Below, piece after piece: positions 12,401-24,400 of a stretch of DNA of 64,000 nucleotides. Origin of the DNA: Botryllus schlosseri. Lineage: Eukaryota. The notes under the pieces were generated by a model. That model had not been told where the DNA came from. It was given only the letters and a program-made list of their open reading frames with translations, and made no database searches. Every line of letters starts with the position of its first letter. Within the stretch, counting starts at the first letter, position 1. The position numbers and the translations under genes are program-made. The stretch is from positions 23,996,001 to 24,060,000 of the forward strand of contig CM119371.1 in the NCBI GenBank assembly GCA_051294905.1, read 5' to 3'.

Positions 12401-15400
12401 AATAAATAACTGTTGTAACATTATATCGTATTGTATTATTGTATTGTACTGCAGCCATACTGTATTGTTGTATTGTAATAATTGTTGTAATAAATACCTG
12501 ATAGGGCCTGTTTGACCACAGCTCGCCATTCGTGTAATGGCGTCACGCCTCAGTGGGAGCTTTGAAATGGGTAGACAGCAAGGTTCAAACCTGATTGGAA
12601 TCGCTGGCCTTTTGTCTGATACATCAGGCGAGCGTGAGCAGCGATGATTTTCCGAGGTTAAGTGTGAGCCCAGGACCCCGATTCCATACACAGAACACCG
12701 ATTCCATGCGTGGGTTCAAAAAAGTAAGATACATCGTTATAACGTGCTGCAGAAGGTTTGAGACAGCTGTATAGCGAAATTGGTAAGAAAAAAGCATATT
12801 AACTGATGGGGTCAATTTGATCCTACCTTAGCCATCGTGTAACGATACCCACCTTAGCAGTATACGGTTAAATTCACGGCATTCGGCGCTAAATACTGTA
12901 AACTACTCTCGGCGGTAGCACGTTTATCTGGACACGGCAATTATAGGTCGACGCAGCAGTTAACTACCGTAAAATCACATGGGTGCGAGTACGAACATAA
13001 TTAATAACGATCTAAACCCTAATATCACTCTCTAGCACCACATACTTGAAAAAAAACGATTGCATACATTACATTTTGGGTTGAAATTAATTTTGGAATG
13101 TTTACCGGTCCGCCAGATATATTTCGAAAATTCACCAGTCTGCGAGGTGAAAAAGATCGAGAACCACTGCTTTGGAGCAGTGATTCCCAACCTTTTCCAC
13201 CTCGCGGACCGGTACAATTTCAAAAAAATATTTGGCGGACCGGTGGATTTTCAGAATTTGATATCAACCCGAAATATATGCTATATATTACTACCTATAA
13301 TAACATTTATTCTTATGCTACTTTCTTTATCTTTGTTTCATTATTCATAGTAGTTGATATCCCATGTTGTACTCCGCTTCCACTCGAACGCCATTACAAT
13401 GTCAATGCTATGAAACACTTTTTTTAGGTTGACCAAATGACGATTGAAGATAAATCAATGACGTATGAAAAAGTTGAAGCTTATTTAGGTATTCTGCGGC
13501 GCTGCAAATTCACGATGCTGGGTCTGGATAAATGTGATCTCACCGACAAAGATGTGGACATGATTTTACAATTTTGTCGCGATCACGGTATTAAGGTAAG
13601 GACTCTGCTTATAAGAAACTTTTCTATGCTAAAAGAGAAAATTCATGAATATATTAGATACATTTGTAAATCCGAAAGCTGAGTTAACCGACGTGCTAAA
13701 ATTTTCAAAATCGTTCAACTGATTTATTGATGTGGCGTATGGACTTGCTAACATCTGCTTCATTCGCCATCATATTCTTAAAAACCAAACTATCTAACAC
13801 CATATTCAATTAGATCAGGGGCGGGCAACTACTCACAGTCGGCGGGCCGGATATCGCAAAATTAGGTATTTGGCGGGCCGGATTGCCTAATCGATAAATT
13901 ATATTTGCCCATATACAAGGAATATATCGTATTAAATGGATGTATTTTAACGACAGCAATGTCACTTCAAAGCCATTTCTCGCATATAATGACGTAGAAA
14001 TTGTGGATTTGAAAATAGCATTGTTATACCGGCGTCGCCATGTCCGCTTCTGTCTGATAACACGCGGTACAATCCTTAATTAAGATTTCAAGGCGTTCGA
14101 TAAACCCGGAAACCCAAATTTACCAAGACATCATTTCATTAGGGTTGAGTACATCGTAAATGCGGATAATGCAAGTCTGCACGCTTCGACTTACGCGTAA
14201 GCTCTACTCTTGCACGCTGCGCACACACGTCCAGTCACTAAAATTTGACGTAGTAAGCAAGCAGTGGGAAATCTCTGCAGACTGGGGCCGCGGGCCACAT
14301 TATCCTGTAAGACGTAAAGCTGTCCGCCGGCCGGACAAAATCCCATTACGGGCCCGCGGGCCGTATATGTTGCCCTTCCTTTGAATTAGATAAAAGTAGT
14401 TGTAAGAATGTAATGTAGCCCCAGATTGCAAGGAATAGTGTGAGCCGGCTATGCCATATCATTGCTAACAATTACACTAAAAAGCAGCAATCGTCCCGTA
14501 ACTTCTATTCATTATGTCACAAGTCCATATCAAGAGACACAATCAAAAAAGGAAAATTGCTAAAACTATAATAAATAACGAAAATTGTAATTGTCACGTG
14601 CTAGCTTGACCATAGCAGATTACCACAATTTAAAGCTGCTACGTTGGGACTTGACCGTAGCAAATTTTGAAAAAAGCGTGAGCTACTTTGATCTTAGAAA
14701 TACTCTGACATTATTCGAGCGCAACCATCATTCCCGAAAAACCTGACAGTAGACATTTACATACACGTTTACTGCAACATAGCAATTTTTGTGCACCCGT
14801 AACCAGTAAAATTCTACGAAAAGCTTATTGCGCGTTATGCTGATCGTGCTTAACGTGTCTGTGACTCCAGTATTGGTTATCCAGAATTGAAAATGATTTT
14901 TTTTATCCAACAGGCCATTAAATTAGAGATGCATCACTTACAGTCCAGAACAGTGAACTGCAGGGTCACCGTTATCGTGGTATTCCGCCTTAAAAGGCTA
15001 CATTGTTAATGATGTGTCATTGATTTTGGAGGTGTGCCTGTTCCCCACCAGAAACCCCTTAATCCCCCACGAGAGGGACGTTATCCACCTGTTGAGAACC
15101 ATTGATCTGGAGCTAATTAGCAATTTAATTAGCCTCTTTAGATTCATCGTAAAAAATGGATAAGAATTAGCATTTGTTTTAGCAGAAGCCAACAACCTTT
15201 GAAAATTTGTTGAACGGTCTAAGCTGCAAAACAAATGAAAATACTGTCCAGTATTTCTTCGTTGTATCGAACGATGTTCTGCATCAATCATTCAATGATA
15301 ATTTCGGTTGTCTAAGAGATGAATGTCAGGAATTTGTGCGAGAGATCATGTGCTTTTGAGTAATCGTAACTGTGAAGTTGCAATGTTATATTGTTATTCA

Positions 15401-18400
15401 GCTTTCCGAATTGTTGATATCGGATGGGACCATGAAGTCAAATGTCTATTGTGAGGTCGCGAATATTGCCAGTATCACGGGTTGTTCGAGAGTATTTTTT
15501 GGAAACTGCGATCTGACGAGCCAGAAGTTGGAATGCTTTACGGCAACCTGCGTGCAAAATAAAAAATCGGCGAGTTGTGAAATTTGCCTGTTACAGCTGT
15601 TATTATATTGTTATTGTTATATTGTGATTTCCCAAATCAAAATGGAACTGTGACGTAGCAGGAATTTTGCGACTGCGTCGCGAACATTGTGATTGGCATT
15701 TGTGGTATTTCCCATGCACAATCACATCACTATTACCACCATTCGAATAAACAATATATGAAATGGACCATAGCCTCAACTTTATTTGTAAAGCAATCGT
15801 GTATTCTAAATATTCCTTATTTTATAGCTCTCTAGTCTGAAAATAGTGGATACTAAAATGCATGCTGAACTTTATCGTGAAATTGCTGTTACACTCAATG
15901 CTATCGGTGGCAACGAGATGTGGTTCCAAACCTGTGAATTGACGAGATCGAAACTTTCTGAATTCTACATCGGTTGTAAGGACAGCGATCTTACCGTAAG
16001 TTACTTTAGTCTAAAGAAAACGTAACGCGAGACAAGCTACATAAGTCGCGAGAAAACGACCGGGCGCACGCTACGAGAAAGATTAAAATACGTCCATGAG
16101 AATACCAAAAAGCTAGGACCCAAGAACAGTATGATATTCGTATCGTGGAGCACAAGGCCTAAAATACGATAAGCATCACTGTCTTGTGAACATTAATACT
16201 CCCGCGTTGCAGTGTAATAGTGCTGGTATAGTTAGTAATCCCTTTGCAGGCCAAGTCAATCCATTTTGACTGAGCATTGTGTCGCTCGCGCTCTACGGTA
16301 GGCTATTCTTTCCCTTGGCAACTATAATTTTTATGTTTGCTCATACATATTCCGATAAACTTCTGAACCAAATATTTTCTTTTGTATTTCGTTCGAAGAT
16401 TTTTATCATATCCGCCAAGTATTTCAGTCGACTCGAAATTAATGTCAGAAATTGCAGCGAGAAATTTAATGTTCTCCAGTAATCATTACTGAGAAGTTTC
16501 ATTATCATTCAGCTTTCCAAACTGTCGATATGGAACGGTGCGATGATGTCAGATGTCTACTGCGACGTCGCGGATATTATCAGTATAACACGATGTTCGA
16601 CAGTAGTTTTCGGAAACTGTGATTTGACGCAACAAAAGTTGGAATGTTTCACGGCAACATGCAAGAAAAAACAAATTTCTGTTAGTATGAATATTTGCTG
16701 AAAAATTGATTGGTACACAGATCAGGACATGAAAATGAAGCTCAGCAATATAATGATTTAGTGACGATAATATAAGTTTCTTTTGGGAAATTCATAGTTA
16801 ACCAATCGCATCGCCATGGATATTAATTATTCAATCATATTTTCCAGCAGTGGTGGCTCGTCCAATAGGGCAACTGGGGCATTGCCCCACCTAAAATTTT
16901 GTTCAATAATAAATATTTACCATTTATAGACGCACAGCATTCAAGATATACCGAAATCACAGCAAAACGTGCATACGTCTTGTGCTTTCGCTGGTAAATG
17001 CCCATCGCCCATACATAGCGAAGGCTTTGCGAAGAGCGAATTCTTTTCTGTGTTTTCGCTTTGTGAATGCCTAGTCGGGGCTTGCCCCGGTAGCACTCAT
17101 AACAAGCTTTCGCCGTCGGTTCTCTCAAAACCATGCAACAAGAAAGAAACGGTGACTTACTCTCTCCTATTCATAAAATTACTGAGAAAGTTGGGGCAAC
17201 CTTCCCTTGTTGCCCCCAAGGTGTGATGTAACAATCGTATCTATATCTGAACTCGGTTACCGTCATATGCGTTGAGTCGACCTTTGCTGGTATAGGTCGA
17301 TTTTGATGGTGTTTCGCACCATGATAATTCGTGAAACTTGGTATGTTATGTCGTGAAGGTGGTATTTAACACTGCTGCAAGTTTCAGGCTTGCTACCTAA
17401 AGATTAGAGTAGTAATTGTGTTTCCGAGTTTACTGTGTGCTGATCCATCATGTACAGCAAACAGATTTTACTCAAAAGGCAGCATTGGTCTCCATTGGTT
17501 TTGACTATAGAAATTAAACATGGAACGGCAACGACCGATTTTGCAGCTTCGTTCCGCTCCGCCGAGGCTGGAGTGGAGAGTGGTTTTGCGTAAGCGACTG
17601 TAGGATTTCTGGCAATCCAAATGCTATCTTCCCGAGCACAGAAATTATTGAATATGGTCTTGATCGAAAGCCACTGTTGCACCGATTCCGAAATTATAAA
17701 TTAAAATAATGATCAGGCACTGATCCACCTAGAATCCGTCCTCCAAGTCGAAATATCGGCATTGTTCGAACAATCGGAGAGTCGCAACGGGTCATTGTTA
17801 TGGTCATTGTGTTGCGGTTACCCGATTGTTCTGAACAATGCCGATATTTCAGACTTGGAGGACAGATTCTAGCTGGATCAGTGCCTGATCATTATTTTAA
17901 TTTATATTTTCGGAATCGGTGCAACAGTAGCTTTCGATCAAGACCAGATTCAATAATTTCTGGGCTCGGGAAGATAGTTTTTGAATTGCCAGAAATCCTA
18001 CAGTCGCTTACGCAAAACAATTCTCCTCTCCAGCCTCTGCGAAGCGGAACGAAGCTGCAAAATCGGTCGTTGCCGTTCCATGTTTAATTTCTATAGTTTT
18101 GACAATGTTCCATACCGAGATCGGTCTTGATATTTGATACGCTAAGTTAGTATCGACCGCTGTTACAAGTTTCAAGTTTTTCACTGAACTATGTGGGTGG
18201 TAATTTTGTTTCCTCAGTCGAGTGAGAGTCGACTCGTCATTTATCGCCAACAGATTTACGCCAATACCGCTGTTGGTCTCAATAGGCCTTTTGCAGGACT
18301 TCGATCACGTGACTAGGTCGCATAGCAACCACAAATTGGTTAGCAAGCTACTTTCTCGCGCACCTGCTTCAGTGCTAAATATCGCATATGGTACTGTTGA

Positions 18401-21400
18401 TTTCTGGTTGTAAACGTTTCGGAAATTTGTTGTAGAAGTCATCAGAGATTCACCTATGCTAGATGTCAATCATGTACAAAGCATTTAGAATGATATCGCC
18501 AGAATTACGCAGAAATCCATCGGTAACGTAGTCGTATTACGGTACTCAACTCTGATCATATGTACTTAAATTTATGCATTTGAAGTAAAGCGATTGGTTT
18601 ATATTCTGGTAAGAGTATTTGTTAGTTCAAGCAGAACTATTTGTCTGTTGTGGAGCCTGATTTTGGATGGAAGATATGACTGAAGCAGCCGGGACCCGCA
18701 AGGATCAGGATGTACTGTCTGCTGGTTTGGGTGCTGGCGTGCTGCTATAAAACCGCTGAACACATCGGAAGTATCTTTTGGGAGAACCTGCCATCAAGAC
18801 TAAGTAATGCAGTGCACTTTATTGTTGCCTTATACAATGCCGATCTTATTAGCACTACTTCACAACTGCGATTGAAGTGGATTTGGCAAATCACACGCGA
18901 TTTTGATAAATAGTTGATGTCACATATGTGCGCTATTTAGCGAACTAAGGGAAGTAACTATCAAATAACTCTTAGAGCAGCTCAAACGCAGTGACAAGAT
19001 CGGTCATCCTATACCCAGAGGTGGTCAACGTGGTCATTGTTGGGAACCGAGTACAAGTAATGCCTCAATTTATACTCCAGTACAAGTAGCAATAATTACT
19101 TCCAGGACATGTCCAAAGTACTTCAAGTGGAAGTAGAAATGAATTTCTGAAAAGTAGTCAAGAAATTCGTTACATGAAGTAGATTTGGTTGGGTCCCTTA
19201 GTTTTAGAAATTAATGCCACGTGACAACTGTAAACATTTCATGTTGCATCTTCTTGATCAACGCAAAAGGGTGATGACACCACAAATATGTGCAATTTTC
19301 AAAAATTAATTTAGTTACCGTGGTACTGGGGCTATTTTGCCCAGTTGTTATGACAACCTCACGCTTGAAGGGGATGCAATCATGCGTCAAAGCTACTTTC
19401 TAGTTGACAAAATCCACAAACTGACAAAAAAGTACTACCTAAAAAGTCTCAAGTAGAAGTGGAAGTAGCCTAAACTCATAATGACGCTAGTACTCAGGTA
19501 AAATAGTACTTCGTTGCTGACCCCCTCTGTGTATTGGTTCAACCAACTCAGAAACATCCTCTAAAGACGACGAACATTGTTTCTTTTGCATTGACTCCGT
19601 AATATTCTGAACTTATGTTATTCTTTGATTCATTGAATTTACAAATAAACTTGGAAAGAAGTGCAATTTATTAATTTTTGTGCATTCGATACCCAGAGCA
19701 TAAGAAATAGTTGAAGAAAAATGCATGTTAACCTTATCAAGTTCAATAACTGCCGAGACTCTTATGCCTATGTATTTTCATCTACCTCCAGAGCCACTTG
19801 TCTAGACAGATTCATAGCATCTGCGGAAGAGCGCTTGTCTTGTTGTACACAAATGAAATATCATTTTCGAAGCAGACATCAACATCGGGAAAGAAGTTCA
19901 GGACAGTTAGTCATTGGCCAGATCATCTGCTGACATTTTCTGTTGGCATGAAACCACGCTGCCTTCTACTGCATGACCGAATTTTATGTGGTGATAATAA
20001 TTGGCTCCAGGCTGAATTCTTGACGAGGGCATCATCAATTTCTTAGTTGCCTATGTTCGGCTCTCTTGGGATAATCCATCAGATCATTAATTCGTATACA
20101 TGTGGTATAGCCATGTCTTGAAACTCAAGATATTTGCACTGTGCCAAAGAGTCAAGTAATCCCATCCAGGCAATCAATCAAGTAATCCAGGCCTCGGGAC
20201 AGTTTGTTGCACCCTCAATTGGAGCTGATGATCATTTTTCTTCGGGTAGTGGCACTTGGCAGCATGACAGAATGATCAATAACTTGTAATATAGGTGTAC
20301 AGGTCTAAATATTTTGAATTGTTCAACTGAGAAGCCATACAATAGCATAGGATGTTTAATATATATATAGTATGTAGCACATGGCATGAATTCCTAACAC
20401 ATCAACGTACTGGCACTGGCAGTCATTGTCTCTAGGCTTAAAAATAGCAGTATCCTATATATATTGCAATCGATATCAATCATCAAAATGCTGCAATGAT
20501 TATCAACTACCACTACAATACAACTATAGTATAGTATACTTACTATCCACACCTAACTTAATGCTGCAATAAATATCACGCAGTCAATGTCCTGCAATGT
20601 CGAATTTTGTGTCATAAAATCATAGTTGACTACCATATAACGGCTACAATGTCGATCATTTTGACGCAAGGAGTTTACATAGTTCATGAATCGAAGACAT
20701 CAAACATATTTGAATCCTTGCGCATTTCCATGACACTTGCGTTTTATATAAAACGTTTACAGCCCTAAAACGATAATATACTGTATCCGAAATACGGCTA
20801 CGTTAACGACGGATTTCTGCGTAATTCTGACGATATCATTCTATATGCTTTGTACAGGATTGGCATCTAGCATAGGTGAATCTCTGATGGCTTCTACAAC
20901 AAATTTCCGAAATGTTTACAACCAGAAATCAACAGTACAATATGCGATATTTAGCACTGAAGCAGGTGCGCGAGAAAGTAGCTTGCTAACCAATTTGTGG
21001 TTGCTATGCGACCTAGTCACGTGATCGAAGTCCTGCAAAAGGCCTATTGATTCATACCTAGATCTGTCATGAGCTTTTGCGCGGTATGTCTTGATTTTAT
21101 TATGTCACGCCTTGCCAATTTTCAACGTTGACACTCAATGATTGAGGCAGTTATTTCGTTTTCGAGGTCGATTATGGCAGAGATGTGCGCTGATCTGATA
21201 CTTACCTACATCATTGCGGATTTCACGCAAAAGCCGGTGTCTATCTGTTCTAATTTAGTCTGCGTTCCATAACGTGATCGGTGATGATATATCACGATGA
21301 TCACCCAAAACAGCTTACTAAGATTCTCGGTTTGCATTCAAGTATTCACTAAAGTTTATGTTCTCCAATGTTCATTTCACTGTGAAATTGTGGCTTTCAA

Positions 21401-24400
21401 ACCATGTGCTTACAATCCCCTGTCAAATGTGATGGCTATTTCATTTGCGATGTCAGTTAACAGCTGATCACTCGATCAGCGTATTCCTCATTCTATTTTA
21501 TTCAAAGTTCGGTGTTCGTCTTTATTTTTTGATTTTGACAGTTTAACATGCTGGAATGGGTCATGAGATTGCGTATGCTACTTCTCGATGATGTCATGTA
21601 AAAGAGTAATAAGTTTACGGCTTTCACTGACTCATTCATTTAGTAATATATTTTCTAACGGAGATTTCGCAGCAGGCAGTAAGACAGTAAGCCATATATG
21701 CTGTGCCACAGTCTCCAGTTTCAAGGCCAAAATCTCCAACATGTTGTTCAGAGACCGACTTTCCAAGGATGCTATCCTTAGTTCTTTAAAGACCATTCAA
21801 AAGTTGCTTCGGATTCAATGTGACAGGCCCAATCTATGTGATAACAATTGCGTATGTGTCCGAACTCGTTGACCTTCCAGTTAGGCATACGCAATCTCCC
21901 GAGTGCTAGTCATTTATGCAGATAATTAGTCAGGTCAAATGCGAACATGAATCGTGTTGAATCTTTGCTCCGTACACCGTTTAAGCAGTCGCCATTAGAG
22001 CAAAAATTAGAGGTAAAGCGACTAGGTCCTTATACGCCTAGAAACTGTACATTGATCCAATCGTACGCCGGGTGCCACCGCTTTGGTTGCCTATCACCTG
22101 GTCGTAACACACCAGGAGCGTGTACGAAACACTTTCGGGTGGGCTTAGAAACACTAGGACCAATCGGTTTGCGTAATCACTACCACGAAATCAAAACGCA
22201 TGCTACTAAAGATGCGCTGATGATCGATTCGTGGCATAGGGACGATTCTTTGTACATTTTGTAAAATGACCGGTTGAATAAAAAAAAAGAATAAAACACT
22301 TTTATCCACACTTCAAGTCGCGGCTCATCGGCAAATCTCTCGCGGCACCTACGTTAAAATTACTGTTGTCGGAAATTCATGTGACCATCATAAAGTTACT
22401 TTTTCAAATTGGAAAACGTCATTCTGACTTAATGTTGATAAAATATCGCTTGTAGCCCTTGCCCCACCACCCGATATTCTCACGAGCCGCCACTGTTTCC
22501 TAACCGTTCGAAGACACAAGGGAATAAATCGACTTTGAGCTACATATATTGCAAAGCATTAGGTTAATGTATTTAATTCTATTTTGAAGCTCTCAACAGT
22601 TGAAGGAACGATGTGGAAATGTATGCCGAAGGTTACAATGAAATAGCTAATACACTAAAGTATATCGGTTGATAAAAGATGTGCTTCAACAATTGAGAAT
22701 TTACGGTGTAGTAGTCCAATATATCAGATTCCTAACTATAAACGAGTTTAGTATTTGTGGTGTTTTATGCATCCACCAGGTGTCTATCTTTGCGTCATTT
22801 CCTTTCGTGATTATTTCGTCTTGAAATCCTTGCAAGTGCTCAAGATTCGCTAAAGGTCTTCAATCACTGGGAAAAGACGCTCAACAATTTCATCAATGCA
22901 GTTGAGGCTTCGACGACGCAGGCTCCTTCTAACTCCGACGAAAACCCTCCCGCCTTGGTTCTCGATAAATTGGCGATCCTTACAGGGTATGTATCTCCTG
23001 ACGTCTATGCATTATTCGAACATCTGGACACCTTCACAGCGGCCATTGACGTGCTCATGTCCCTGTATCGAAAGAAGAAGAATGTAATTTATGCTAGGCA
23101 TCTGGCATCTGCTGGCCATTGCAAAACAAGACCCGGGTAAATCGATCACCGAGTTCTCACAGGAATTGCTCATGCTTGCACGTGATTGTTCGTTTGACGC
23201 TGTAACTGCTGACAAGCACAGACAAGAAGCGGTACGAGATTCGTTAATTACTGGTATTCAATCATCGGCCATTCGTCTGCGCTTACTCGAACATGACGAT
23301 TTGACTCTTGAAAAGGCGATAAAGATAGCTGAGTCTCTTCAACAGGCGCAAAAGTTTAGTTCCTATGAGCCGCAGAGTCAAACGTGTTCTGAATGTCAAC
23401 AGCGATCAATCCGCCAATGGTTCCAATTTATCAGCGTTCAAGAGCGATGTGCCTGCCGCGAATACATTGAAGAAGAAGTGAATTTTCTGCGGAGAAATTC
23501 ACGAAAGAACACGGAAATCCTGTCCCGCGAAAGATGCTTCAAGCTTTCATTGTGGCGTGCGAGGACACGATGCGAAGTATGCAGATTGCGTATCAGAGGA
23601 GAACCTGCTGCCTCGTTGAACTCGTTAGTCTCTGGCTCGGTACTTGCTGGAATATCCGAATCTCCTCTGTATTCTTGCCTCGACGTCTCCGTTGCGCAAT
23701 ACAACGTGGAAGCTTTGATAGATTCCGGTGCTTATGAATGCTATATCAGTGAATCTTTATCGAAATACCTCGGCCTTCGCCTGTTAGGTGGCAAATACCC
23801 CATCACACTCGCAGAGAAAAATTCCGTAATAACTGTTCTCGGGTGCATTGAAGCTTCACTCGAGATACCGGGGTGTAATTACGGCAAAGTCAAATTCAGA
23901 GTCGTTAAAGATCTTATTGCTGATGTTGTGCGAAGTATATTTGAAAGATGAAAACGGAAAATGCCATAACGGCAACGCAACAACAACAAAACGACCTCTC
24001 TCTCCACGGGTCACACGAGCTCTGTGTGCCAACATTCACGACCATCAAACAACACCGTTCGAACCAATCAACGAGCAATCAATCAGTCGCTCGCGCTGTG
24101 ATCAGCGTCCGAGATAACAGTCAGTTAACAAAATCGCACATTCCCCCGTGATGAATATCACTCTTCATCACCATTCATCATCGTCTCTCATCTCTTCTCC
24201 CCATCTCTCTATGCCTCTCATCTCTTCTCTCCATCTCTCTCCGCCTCTCATCTCTTCTCTCAATCTTATGAATTGGCAACGGCGCTCATCTCAGTACCAT
24301 CCAACCCATGATCGGTAACGAGGGCACGTGCTATCGATAGCACCTCAGTCAATTTTACCTGCTCCGCCTTTGGTGTCGCCCTTATCTGAGCAGACACACG

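Larger units (their letters stand above)
6835..13169. mobile_element. Two further copies of the same hAT MITE fused tail-to-tail (junction near 10440) and carrying nested insertions
   Basis: Left end cagttgatctcaacc at 6835; sequence 10450-11050 is the reverse of copy 1 internal sequence; inverted end gagaaccactg at 13169; another partial copy begins at 13178. Confidence 0.6.
16848..22495. mobile_element. hAT (Tip100/ZMYM1-like) remnant containing nested elements
   Basis: TIRs cagtggtggctcgt / acgagccgccactg; ORF 21947 (FKQSPLEQKLEVKRLGP) resembles the N-terminus of such transposases; TSD degenerate. Confidence 0.55.

Noticed and set aside
17404..18087. Near-identical ~95-aa ORFs here and at 42002-42575
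   Set aside because: They are translations of the palindromic MITE arms, with no recognisable protein motif
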